This document shows positions 1 to 11,890 of a DNA stretch of 64,000 bases, one piece after another. The position numbers and the translations under genes are program-made. Location of the stretch: the NCBI RefSeq assembly GCF_001194135.2, contig NC_068987.1, positions 99,817,622 through 99,881,621 of the forward strand, given 5' to 3'. Position 1 is the stretch's first letter. Each line of letters opens with the position of its first letter. The notes under the pieces are model-generated. The model worked only from the letters and a program-made list of their open reading frames with translations. It was not told the origin of the DNA and did no database searches. The DNA is from Octopus bimaculoides (Eukaryota).

Positions 1-194
1 TATATATATAAATTCATAAGAATGGTACAACAAGGTACCGATATTTGCTGGAGAATAGCGATCGATATAAAAACGACGCTATTGTATAGCTTCACTGCGT
101 ATATACTGGCAAAAATGCGTGTGTGCAACAAAACATGAAAAACTTGTCTTACCTTAGGAAGAACATCCGAAAATGAACAACCCAGATTAAGGAT

Positions 195-269
195 AATGCA
201 ATACCTAGGTTTCAGACTTTTCAAATACGTTCCACAACGTAAATCTGATTAGTCTTCATCAGTTGCATT
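195..269 (-). ncRNA. Type I hammerhead ribozyme motif with intact core and GUA cleavage triplet
   Basis: Minus strand reads AATGCAA-CTGATGA-AGACT...AGTCT-GAA-ACCTAGGT-A-TTGCATT. Helix I is 7 bp (AATGCAA/TTGCATT), the core CUGAUGA and GAAA match the consensus, helix II closes with AGACT/AGTCT, and helix III is the palindrome ACCTAGGT. Confidence 0.8.
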
Positions 270-1849
270 TACCTAGACAGCATTTCAAATGTTGCTACAT
301 CAATGCCAAGTATACTCGCCCGAACGTTTCATTTATTTATATTTATGGATATATACATATGAACATACAAATACATATATATAAATACACACATGTAAAT
401 ATATATGTACGTCCTTATACACACACACATATAAAACTGAGCATATTTATGGGAATAAATAAAAGTTACCATAGAATAATTGATAACAGATTTAAATGAA
501 ATTCTATCAGCTGGCAATAAAGTAAGTGATAAAAGAACAGATGACAATAAAATACAACAAACAGGATCACAATAAATGAGATAATACAAGGAAATAAAAC
601 AAGAGGATAATAAAATAAGCGCTAAACTAATAAAATAAAGGCAAGATAGTTCTTAACCCTGATTTTGAAGAGGTCATAGCCATATTCTTTATGAATATGA
701 TCTTTATTTTGAAGTATGGTTCCACAATGTATCCGTTGTATCTGCTATTTCCACAACAACAAAAAGAGGTGGGACCTTAGAATTTTCAGTATGTCCTTCA
801 GATGTAAAGTAAGTTATGTTTCGCTAAATTAAGTAAACACTTAGAGAATCGAAAATTTTGGACTCCAAAAGCCAGGAGAATGGGGCTCATCTGAACAACT
901 TGGAAACAAAGTTATAAAAGGAGTAAATGTAATATATATTTTATCTCATTGCATGCACTTGTTACGATGAAGGTTTGTCGTTCAATAAGGAGAGAGTATC
1001 AAATTACTGTATTTGAATCACATTTCCGGAGGAAACCACTTCATCAAAGTGCAGTTATGCAATTCTTTTAGTGGATACGGAGGTTGTAGATATAACAATG
1101 GGTGCACTTTTTGAGAATTCTGTTGAACAAAAGAAGGAGCCCACTATATAGAACATGCACGAATTTATTATTTAAAAATTCATACAACATTTGATACTAG
1201 TTTTATTCAATCCACTGCAGTATATTTATCTCCTGCAAACTTATACTGTGATACTATACAAAAAAAAAAAAAAAATTCAGAACATTTATATTGTTTTTGG
1301 ACCGAGTAAAAATAGCAGATAAACACCACTCACATTGTTCTCAAACAACTTGAAATAGCAGCATCACGTTTTATGATTGCTTGCCTAATTTCTGAAAGAA
1401 GGACAACATATGGCACTGTGGTTTTAGTCCACTTTCTACTCAATCAGACAGCTAAAAGAACTATAACAATAAAAACTACAATACTGTCAACGAAAATATT
1501 AGCTGCTGCAACTAGTGACTATATACTTCATAGAGTGTCTTTTGATTAATTTGTATCAACACCTGTTTTAAAAGTTTAATTATGAAGAAAAGATAGTGGG
1601 ATATATTTACTGGAAAGTAATCATCTCTAATTACAACTCATAATTACAGCCCAAATGCTGGAACATCATTTTTCTTTTTGTTTTACTTCCTATCTAGTTC
1701 TTATCGCATTACAATAGTTTCTAACGGATGCTATTTCATTTTCTTTTCAATATATCAATTTCTCTTCTGGCCACTTGTATATTCCCATATCTCTTGAAAT
1801 TGTAACCCATACTAGTTCTTGTTAGTTTTATTTTAGACCAATCTGATTT

Positions 1850-2700
1850 CCAGAATAAACATTTTAAACTCGTAACAAAGTTTTTGTTTTGTTGCATGAT
1901 TTGTGGTATAATTCATGATTCTAGTAACGTCCTCAGCGATTTTGTTCAGAGTAACTCTTTAAGCATTTTGATGGCCGTGTTTCCATCATAATCGTTCTTG
2001 TTCAAATTTCGTCTGTCCGTGCTACGTTCGTTATATCATTTTACTAAATTCATTACCATTGCTCGTATGTTTATCTTTTTTTACATGCCACAGTCGTTTA
2101 TCAGCATCTTATTGAAATCCATTCACCGCCTTACTTCTTGAAACTCTAATTTGGTCAACTACTCGTTTCTGTCTTCATGGTTGTTGCTTGGTCACTCATT
2201 GTTTGTAATGTTTTTCATCAAATAAGCTTCTTTCTCCACATTTTTGCTAAATTCGCATTGCATTCATACTAGTGCTATAGTTCAATTTGCTGGCTTACTT
2301 TGAAACTGTCCATAATTACTGTATTTAGTTTCATACTGCATTTCTATATGAAATGCCTGTCATGATGATCAGGCTGAGTATAGCTCGCATCAATCCCCAT
2401 TAAATATTAGCATAAGTTAGGATCTTCTGGAACGTAATCCAGGCATGATTGTGCTGTGTTAATTGCATAACTTTGATTTCGAAGGGAAGCCTGCTGCTAA
2501 TTCTAACAATTGGACCAAACGTTTGGCATCAGTGAGCTTAAAGGGCCCAGTCATCAATATATTTATCATGACACCATTCCTATAAAGAATATGAGCTCAG
2601 ACTTAAAGTCCCCTCATTTTCATGAGGCACAGTCATACTTTCTGGGTACCAACTTCTAGGTTACCTGGATCTAGGAGACCGTAATCTGAGTAAGGATTTT
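1850..2700 (-). mobile_element. Highly degraded LINE (RTE-like endonuclease) relic
   Basis: Only scattered AP-endonuclease-like peptides (RNGV, LIIMTG) amid many stops and frameshifts. Confidence 0.3.
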
Positions 2701-2996
2701 TTTTTTAGCAATTACTGTCAATGGAAGCCAATTCAGCCAGTCTACATATGAAACCATATTGCCATTCCCAAAGGAAATAACTCCGGAAGTAACGTATGAA
2801 ATGTTCATATTTTATGGAGTGATAAATCATAAATCATGTGTTATCTGTCACTAATGTGATTGTAGATATAAGCAAAAGGATTGTTGTAACCGGAGCGAAG
2901 AGAAAGAAACAACGCAGAAAGACAGGGGCTGGAGAGCGCAAGAAAGGTAGCAGGAGAGATAGAGTATATATCTTATGAAGGATTGAAATAAAAACA

Positions 2997-3023
2997 ATAA
3001 AAACAACAACAACAACAACAACA

Positions 3024-3090
<67 letters not shown>
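2997..3090. repeat. (CAA)n-(TAA)n microsatellite
   Basis: Direct inspection; lies immediately 5' of an R4/Dong-type fragment. Confidence 0.95.
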
Positions 3091-3091
<1 letters not shown>

Positions 3092-3093
<2 letters not shown>

Positions 3094-3741
3094 AAAATCC
3101 CAGCAATGGCTGAAANNNNNNNNNNNNNNNNNNNNNNNNNNNNNNNNNNNNNNNNNNNNNNNNNNNNNNNNNNNNNNNNNNNNNNNNNNNNNNNNNNNNN
3201 NNNNNNNNNNNNNNNNNNNNNNNNNNNNNNNNNNNNNNNNNNNNNNNNNNNNNNNNNNNNNNNNNNNNNNNNNNNNNNNNNNNNNNNNNNNNNNNNNNNN
3301 NNNNNNNNNNNNNNNNNNNNNNNNNNNNNNNNNNNNNNNNNNNNNNNNNNNNNNNNNNNNNNNNNNNNNNNNNNNNNNNNNNNNNNNNNNNNNNNNNNNN
3401 NNNNNNNNNNNNNNNNNNNNNNNNNNNNNNNNNNNNNNNNNNNNNNNNNNNNNNNNNNNNNNNNNNNNNNNNNNNNNNNNNNNNNNNNNNCAATTCCTAT
3501 CATAGTAGGTGCCTTAGGTATAATAAAAAAATTTTCAGACAAATACATAACAAAAATAGCAGGACTTACAAATATATATAACATACAGAAAATTGCACTA
3601 CTGGGTACTGCACACATGCTACGCAAAACACTTTCAATACAGTAAACATAAGAGCACCACAACAAACCACAGCACATACCCAAGGCGCACAGAGCTGCGC
3701 TCGGTAGTGAAGTGAAAGCACGTTATAAAAATAAAACTACT
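3092..3741 (+). mobile_element. 5'-truncated R4/Dong-type non-LTR retrotransposon (restriction-like endonuclease C-terminus plus 3' UTR), partly in gap
   Basis: Peptide IPIIVGALGIIKK...QKIALLGTAHMLRKTL is typical of the RLE C-terminus. Flanked by (TAA)n on both sides and near-identical to the copy at 59821-60075. Confidence 0.85.
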
Positions 3742-3789
3742 GAATAATAATAATAATAATAATTTAATTGTCAGAGTTGGAAGCAGAAG

Positions 3790-4050
3790 TAAAAGATCTC
3801 GAACGAAGTGACTGGATAAGAAAATGCTACAAAAGAAATAAAAAAAAAGTTTACTGAATTGACGAATTTAAAATTAATTTGTATGATGAGAGATGAAAGC
3901 TGTGCAAAGGTACACACTATGAAATGGGTTGAGAGGATACGGAAAGCTGAGAATGACACAGACGAAAAATAAGCTCGTGGTGAATATGCGTGATTGACTA
4001 GAAAGAAAAAATCGCCAAAGACGAGGTAGCGTGAGAGAGTGCTAAAATGA
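3790..4050 (+). mobile_element. Degraded RTE-like LINE 3' coding relic
   Basis: Weak peptide resemblance (MMRDESCAK; basic RKNRQRR segment) to RTE C-termini. Confidence 0.3.
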
Positions 4051-4257
4051 ATAAAGTATAAATTACTCGGAGGAGATAAGAAATTAACGATTAATATTTA
4101 TATAACTATAATTAGAGTTAAAATATGGACACTGTATTCGCTGTTTTCTTTTTTCTGCAGTTGTGTGTATAAACAAATGAACTGTGGGAAGCAGGTGATA
4201 AGAAGAGTGAAAAAGCGAATAAAATCAACAAGCAAAGACAGTGCAGAAGCATATTTT

Positions 4258-4460
4258 TTTTCTACTCTAGCATAAAGCCCGAAATTTTGGGGGAGGGGAC
4301 CAGTCGGTTAGATTTGCCTCAGTACGCTGTTGGTACTTAATTTATGGCCCCCGAAAGGATGACAGGCAAAGTCGACATCGGCGGAATCTGAACTCAGATC
4401 GTAAAGAAATATCGCTAAGCATTTCCCCTGGCGTGCTAACGCTTCTTCCACCTCGCCGCC
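4258..4460 (-). mobile_element. tRNA-derived SINE (family A)
   Basis: Reverse complement begins GGCGGCGAGGTGG...GCACGCCAGGGGAAATGCTTAGCG and has a box B-like GAGTTCAGATTCCGCCGATGTCGAC; homologous to 4504-4735 and 56716-56932. Confidence 0.85.
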
Positions 4461-4503
4461 TTAGTGTTAATACTATTAATATTAAAATTTATATTACTAT
4501 TTA

Positions 4504-4735
4504 GCCGGTGAGCTGTCAGAATCGTTAACACGCCAGCCCAATCGTTAGGACGCGGCTACGTGTCCCACTACGTTCGCAGTTCAAATTCCACCGATGTTGA
4601 CTTTGCTTTTCATTATTTCGGGGTCGATAAATCATGTACCAGTTGAGTACTGGTGTCGATATAACCGATTAGTCCCCTCACAATACGTTTAACTGTTTGT
4701 GCCTGTAGTAGAAATGATTATTATTAACATTATTG
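4504..4735 (+). mobile_element. tRNA-derived SINE (family A)
   Basis: GCCGGTGAGCTGTCAGAATCGTTAACACGCC...CAGTTCAAATTCCACCGATGTTGACTTTGC...GGGGTCGATAAA. Confidence 0.85.
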
Positions 4736-4862
4736 CGCCTGTGATAGGAATTGTTCCTGTTTCTACGCTCCACATTCGATTTACCTCTATTTCCACATCT
4801 TTATATTTTGAAAGTTACTCCGTTTCTTTTGGAGAAACATTGTCATATATTGGTACTGATAC

Positions 4863-4901
<39 letters not shown>

Positions 4902-5167
4902 CTATGTATGTATGTATGTATGTATGTATCTGTGTATGTATGTGTGTGTGTATGTATGAATGCATGTATGTATGTGTGTGTTTTGGCATATCCCATGACA
5001 TGGTGACTTTCTCATTTTCTGTGACTTTTTCTGGCGTGTGCCTATGCAAACTTACTTTCTTTTGTTATTCCATAGTGCATGCAAGTCCTCAAATCTGTCT
5101 TGTCTGTGAATATATTCCTTTTTAGCTAGGACTGGCAGACAGAGACAGGGATTAACTTTCAAGTAGG

Positions 5168-5440
5168 TGGAAGGGACGGGATGTTCTTGTTAGACTGTTA
5201 ATTTGTTGAGAGCAGCCTCTGCAACGAAGAGTGCACACGTTGTGAGTAATTGAGCACAAGCATGCGCTGAGGCTACGACTTCTCAAGCATTTTCTCGAGA
5301 ATGAGCAGGTGTGGGCGCAGTTTGTCACACGGGAATATCTGAAACTCATCGCATAGCCGGAGCTGCCTACCTGTATCAAGCATAGGTCGAGGCATGGTGC
5401 TTGGCACCTGATGTGTCATCAGTCTCTTCCAGTTGGGTAA
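5168..5440 (+). mobile_element. Tx1/L1-clade LINE ORF2 fragment (post-RT region)
   Basis: One frame reads WKGRDVLVRLLIC*EQPLQ...KHALRLRLLKHFLENEQVWAQFV...HGAWH with in-frame stops, resembling Tx1-type ORF2. Confidence 0.6.
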
Positions 5441-5792
5441 CGCAGTGAGTGGAAGTTCCACGTTAAAGTTCTATATGAGATCAGTTTCGGGAAAGCACAA
5501 CGACTTCATACTATATCTATGGGTGCCGGTAGAAATCAATTCCCTGTTTTTCTTTTCGTTTTGTCTTCCGGAGGACTTTCCTGCAGGAACGTTTGTATAA
5601 TTTCAAGAAATCCTTGGGTAGAGCGTCCTCCCTTCTGAGGAATTTTAGTGCTTAATTAATTTTGTTATTGTTATTTTTTTTACTGTAACAGACACTACAT
5701 GTATATCTCCAATTTCCTGTATGTCGTATCGTTTTTTTTTTTTATGTTTACGTTCTTTGTGGCCCAAAAAGAAAACAACAGGAAGAATACTA

Positions 5793-5960
5793 ACGGTGAT
5801 AATGATAATGATATTAATGACGATGATGATGATAATGATGATAATGATGATAATGATGATGATGATGATGAGGATGATGATAATGATAGAAGGGGGAAGA
5901 GGAGGAGGGGGAAGAAGAAGAACAAGAAGAACAAGAAGAACAAGAAGAACAAGAAGAATA
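5793..5960. repeat. Compound microsatellite (GAT/AAT)n-(GGA)n-(AAGAAGAAC)n
   Basis: Direct inspection. Confidence 0.95.
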
Positions 5961-6602
5961 TTACATATATATATATATATATATCAATATTTGGTATGTG
6001 TATATACAAATATATATACATATGTATATGCATATATCTATACACATATACACATATATTTATGTATATACGTATATACGTATATGTGTATATATGTACA
6101 TACACGTACACACACACCTATATATATATATNNNNNNNNNNNNNNNNNNNNNNNNNNNNNNNNNNNNNNNNNNNNNNNNNNNNNNNNNNNNNNNNNNNNN
6201 NNNNNNNNNNNNNNNNNNNNNNNNNNNNNNNNNNNNNNNNNNNNNNNNNNNNNNNNNNNNNNNNNNNNNNNNNNNNNNNNNNNNNNNNNNNNNNNNNNNN
6301 NNNNNNNNNNNNNNNNNNNNNNNNNNNNNNNNNNNNNNNNNNNNNNNNNNNNNNNNNNNNNNNNNNNNNNNNNNNNNNNNNNNNNNNNNNNNNNNNNNNN
6401 NNNNNNNNNNNNNNNNNNNNNNNNNNNNNNNNNNNNNNNNNNNNNNNNNNNNNNNNNNNNNNNNNNNNNNNNNNNNNNNNNNNNNNNNNNNNNNNNNNNN
6501 NNNNNNNNNNNNNNNNNNNNNNNNNNNNNNNNNNNNNNNNNNNNNNNNNNNNNNNNNNNNNNNNNNNNNNNNNNNNNNNNNNNNNNNNNNNNNNNNNNNN
6601 NN

Positions 6603-7114
6603 GTGGACGGTACCTTTGGCACCATGCAGTGGCGACCCGTGCGGGCATTCCTGTTGTACTTGATACGAAAGTTTGGCACCAGTCCTTCCAGTATTTTCCA
6701 TATGTATATTATTACATATCTCTCCCGTCTGCGCTCCAGGGAGTAGCGACCTAGTGCCTTCAGTCGCTCCCTGTAGTTTATATGTTGGACCGTGGCGATC
6801 TTTTTTGTATAGTGCCGCTGAATTACCTCGAGTTCTGCTGTCCGCTTAACACTGTGTGGTGACCACAACTGAAAGCAATAGTCTAGGCGGCTCAGAACAA
6901 ATGTCTTCCATAGAATCAACATGACTTTTTGATCCCTTGTACGGAAAGTCCTCAGTATCCACCCTGCCAGTTGTCTGCACTTTGCTGTCAACTTGACAAT
7001 GTGCATGTGAAATGATGCATCACTACACATGTTGATGCCCAGATCTCTTACTGTTTGTGGTTCTGGGATTGCAGTACCTCCAGGCCCTGTGTATGCCAGT
7101 TGGGAGGCACTTGT
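6603..7114 (-). mobile_element. CR1-type LINE fragment (RT C-terminal region), bounded by gaps
   Basis: GWILRTFRTRD...SRLDYCFQLWSP...LEVIQR...YSLERRRERY, an open frame with hallmark CR1-group post-RT motifs. Confidence 0.9.
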
Positions 7115-7958
7115 NNNNNNNNNNNNNNNNNNNNNNNNNNNNNNNNNNNNNNNNNNNNNNNNNNNNNNNNNNNNNNNNNNNNNNNNNNNNNNNNNNNNNN
7201 NNNNNNNNNNNNNNNNNNNNNNNNNNNNNNNNNNNNNNNNNNNNNNNNNNNNNNNNNNNNNNNNNNNNNNNNNNNNNNNNNNNNNNNNNNNNNNNNNNNN
7301 NNNNNNNNNNNNNNNNNNNNNNNNNNNNNNNNNNNNNNNNNNNNNNNNNNNNNNNNNNNNNNNNNNNNNNNNNNNNNNNNNNNNNNNNNNNNNNNNNNNN
7401 NNNNNNNNNNNNNNNNNNNNNNNNNNNNNNNNNNNNNNNNNNNNNNNNNNNNNNNNNNNNNNNNNNNNNNNNNNNNNNNNNNNNNNNNNNNNNNNNNNNN
7501 NNNNNNNNNNNNNNNNNNNNNNNNNNNNNNNNNNNNNNNNNNNNNNNNNNNNNNNNNNNNNNNNNNNNNNNNNNNNNNNNNNNNNNNNNNNNNNNNNNNN
7601 NNNNNNNNNNNNNNNNNNNNNNNNNNNNNNNNNNNNNNNNNNNNNNNNNNNNNNNNNNNNNNNNNNNNNNNNNNNNNNNNNNNNNNNNNNNNNNNNNNNN
7701 NNNNNNNNNNNNNNNNNNNNNNNNNNNNNNNNNNNNNNNNNNNNNNNNNNNNNNNNNNNNNNNNNNNNNNNNNNNNNNNNNNNNNNNNNNNNNNNNNNNN
7801 NNNNNNNNNNNNNNNNNNNNNNNNNNNNNNNNNNNNNNNNNNNNNNNNNNNNNNNNNNNNNNNNNNNNNNNNNNNNNNNNNNNNNNNNNNNNNNNNNNNN
7901 NNNNNNNNNNNNNNNNTATATATATATATATATATATACATATATATACAGACACGTG

Positions 7959-7991
<33 letters not shown>

Positions 7992-8574
7992 GTGTGCGTA
8001 TGTGTGTGTGAGTGTGTGTGTGTGTTTGTTTGTATGTGTGTGTGTGCGTATGTTTGTTCAATGGCATGTGTTGTTCTCTCCGCACTATGTATGCCAGTTT
8101 TTTCGACAACCTTTAACAAATTATCTAATGGTGTTTAATACTTGCGCTCATATTGCTTTTTGTTATTGTGTTCTGTCGCAAAATTTTCGAAGCAGTTCCA
8201 AATTTCCAAGCTAATGGTATTGAAAAAGAATCTAATAACACCATTTGCTGCATAATCTTTATTAAATATTTTCTGGCATATATCTGAAGAAGAAAAATTG
8301 TATCAGTTTCTTTGACTCTAAGTTCTCTCTTATGTGTGCTGCTAAGTCTCTACAACTATCGGGAAAGTTATACAATAACACTTTCATTTTACTCTTTGAA
8401 GATATTTCTTTTTTCTCTATGTTGTACTGCAGACTTCTTTTCTCGTTGTAATGACTTTTCATACGTTTGTATTGTAGCGCAGGCTAGCTTTATTAAACAA
8501 GCATATATGTGTATAAACATGTGTGAGTGTGTGTTTGTCTGTCTATCTGTTTGTGCGTATATACATACATACGC

Positions 8575-8605
<31 letters not shown>

Positions 8606-9025
8606 NNNNNNNNNNNNNNNNNNNNNNNNNNNNNNNNNNNNNNNNNNNNNNNNNNNNNNNNNNNNNNNNNNNNNNNNNNNNNNNNNNNNNNNNNNNNNNN
8701 NNNNNNNNNNNNNNNNNNNNNNNNNNNNNNNNNNNNNNNNNNNNNNNNNNNNNNNNNNNNNNNNNNNNNNNNNNNNNNNNNNNNNNNNNNNNNNNNNNNN
8801 NNNNNNNNNNNNNNNNNNNNNNNNNNNNNNNNNNNNNNNNNNNNNNNNNNNNNNNNNNNNNNNNNNNNNNNNNNNNNNNNNNNNNNNNNNNNNNNNNNNN
8901 NNNNNNNNNNNNNNNNNNNNNNNNNNNNNNNNNNNNNNNNNNNNNNNNNNNNNNNNNNNNNNNNNNNNNNNNNNNNNNNNNNNNNNNNNNNNNNNNNNNN
9001 NNNNNNNNNNNNNNNNNNNNNNNNN

Positions 9026-9075
<50 letters not shown>

Positions 9076-9239
9076 GCACACACACACACATATATATGCA
9101 CGGTGTGGTGCAGTTCAGTGCACATAAACAATTATAAGTATGTATCCGTGTATAATTATGAGAATGCGCTTCTTTAATTTATTGTGACCATGTGAAAATA
9201 ACTTTTCCCTTTTGTTTTTGCAGATTTTCTTCATTGGGA

Positions 9240-10240
9240 ATGTACTTGTAAAAAGCCACCTTTGCTAGCTAAGTATACGATACGAAAGTTTCGGAGAAAA
9301 TACTGAAACCCAGCGATGTTGCACAACATCAGCAGCAGGAGTTAGACTCAGTTTACAGATGGGCTGAGGATAATAATATGCACTTTCATGCTGAAAAATT
9401 CCATGTCCTGCGCTACCAGCGTCCAAAAATGAATATGAAACTTAGAGGGTACACTGTTCCACAGCGAATTTCAATCCTAGATCCTAAATCTGTGAGGGAC
9501 CTGGGTATCGACATGAGTGATGATACCTCTTTTCGAGTGCACATTACCAGGATGGCGACAAAGTGCAGAGCATGGTTGGATGGATCCTGAGAACATTCGG
9601 AACCAGAGATAATGAAACAATGATGGTCCTATGGAGGACATTCGTCTACAGCCGCCTGGATTACTGCTCCCAACTATGGTTACCCAACAATGTAAAATTA
9701 ACATCGGATCTTGAAGCAATCCAGCGAAGATTCACAAACAAGATCGTATCTTTGCACACTGCTCAGCTACTGGGAATGGCTGAAACAGCTAAGATTCTAT
9801 TCCCTGGAGAGAAGGCGGGAGGCGTATGCATTAATATACATCTGGAAGAATCTGGAAGAAATTGTGCCAACCTTTGCCATTGAAAGCTACACGTATGCCA
9901 GATCGAGTCGACACTGCATAGTGCCAAAGATACCAGAAATTCCATCGCGCTTCAGGACCAATTACTGCCTGTGTGTTAGGGGCCCACAGCTTTTTAATAT
10001 GCTCGCAAAGAGCCTGAGGAACCTGCACAGATTAGATGTAGCCATTTGTAAATCAAGACTGGATCTGTTCCTGTCGCGAGTCCCAGATGAACCTACCTCA
10101 CGGCAAGAGGTGCAAATGAGGGTAGCTACATCAAACTCCATTCTTCACCAAGTGCCACTTATTGGAGGAGGCTCTCAGTAATAACAGTGTAGCAAACCAG
10201 CGGTGCGCCAGCATGGCCGCAGCTCTGAGCTGAAACTACC
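9240..10240 (+). mobile_element. 5'-truncated CR1-type LINE running to its 3' end
   Basis: Degenerate YADD region (ATFAS*VYDTKV), then WAEDNNMHF, GWILRTF, SRLDYCSQLW, YSLERRRE and FLSRVPDEP; 3' tail GCGGTGCGCCAGCATGGCCGCAGCTCTGAGCTGAAAC. Confidence 0.9.
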
Positions 10241-11054
10241 GAAGAAAAAAACATACTCATTCTTTTCCATAATGTTGCGTTGGCTGGGAACCAATGCGAA
10301 GAAGTTATGAGTGGTTTTATTTGCATCATGTAAATCTGATCCAGCAGACCTATGTTCAAAATCAATCCAACCATCTGATATTTTGTTTAGACATTGGATT
10401 ATATTCCTTAAATGAGTCGTTCCTTATTTTTGTAAAATCAGCAGAATTTATATTTTTCAAAAATTTGGTAACTACTTCGTGTAGGGTGAACGCCCTCGTA
10501 GACACTTTAGTGAAATAAGATAGTGAAATGAGAAATAAGTATTTTTCTTGTACATGTTTTTGCATGATTACTAACGATATAGGTTACTGACTGAAATAAC
10601 AACTACGTTAGTCTGAAACAACGTAGTGTTTTTCACCCAAGGAAACCATATTACTGACTCTATTTGTCTGATGTATTGTAAAATTGTCAATTATTAGGTA
10701 GGCAAATGTCCAGAAAAAAACACTGAGAAATACTTTAAACTAAACTTCTTGAGGTGCCGATGCTGTTTACTTTTAGTCTCCAATTTTGTAATGTGAGAGT
10801 TACATACACACACACACACATACACACACACACACATACANNNNNNNNNNNNNNNNNNNNNNNNNNNNNNNNNNNNNNNNNNNNNNNNNNNNNNNNNNNN
10901 NNNNNNNNNNNNNNNNNNNNNNNNNNNNNNNNNNNNNNNNNNNNNNNNNNNNNNNNNNNNNNNNNNNNNNNNNNNNNNNNNNNNNNNNNNNNNNNNNNNN
11001 NNNNNNNNNNNNNNNNNNNNNNNNNNNNNNNNNNNNNNNNNNNNNNNNNNNNNN

Positions 11055-11087
<33 letters not shown>

Positions 11088-11809
11088 TATGTCTGTATGT
11101 GTGTGTGCATGAGTGTTCGTGTGTGTGCGTTTGGTTGATCTACCAAGAGTTAAAAAGTTGACTCGCTAGCTTTCTCATTTTTTCATCTTTACACGGTAAA
11201 GGTTTCACTAATTAAGATAAGAGAATTTCAGGGTATCGTATACATTTTTATTTACAATATTATTAGTTACTGACTCACAAATAACTGTAGTATTATAAGG
11301 CTACAATATGAAATGTAAAACTGTGAATATGATGATTATTATAACCTACAACTCTCTCAAGGTGGATAAAGGTAAGGCTGAAATATTGCTTTGGAGTTAT
11401 TCATTTAGAGCAAGCAAGAAACTTAATTCGTAATTTCCTGACGATTTATGAAATGATGGCGAGTGACGCGACATTTAGGTTATATCCTAATATAATCTAT
11501 GAAGATGCAACCGACACTACTACATTGAATTATATTCACCCAAATATAGTTGACATTCCTTGAGGACTAAACGATTTCAAATTGGTTTTATAATAATTCC
11601 TTCAGTAGATTTCCTGAAGCGTGAATACAAATAACTATTCTGCAATTCCTCGTATTTCCATCAATGTAAAAGTCATTAGACATTGATTCAATTATAGGAA
11701 AATTATTCTGAAGATTAAACATAGATGGGCGCACGTACAAATACACAAACATACACAAACGCAGAGGCATACACAGTATGCGTACATACGTATATGGCGA
11801 ACGATAAGC

Positions 11810-11878
<69 letters not shown>

Positions 11879-11890
11879 GTAATAGTAATA
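11810..11890. repeat. (TAA)n microsatellite
   Basis: Direct inspection; 5' flank of an R4/Dong-type relic. Confidence 0.95.

Noticed and set aside
1060-1150. Possible terminal exon (VDTEVVDITMGALFENSVEQKKEPTI*) with a downstream A-run
   Set aside because: Weak acceptor, no homology recognised and no clear AATAAA before the A-run.
9204-9300. Strong acceptor TTTTCCCTTTTGTTTTTGCAG followed by an open frame
   Set aside because: The downstream sequence is the start of the CR1 relic (degenerate YADD region) and there is no good donor.
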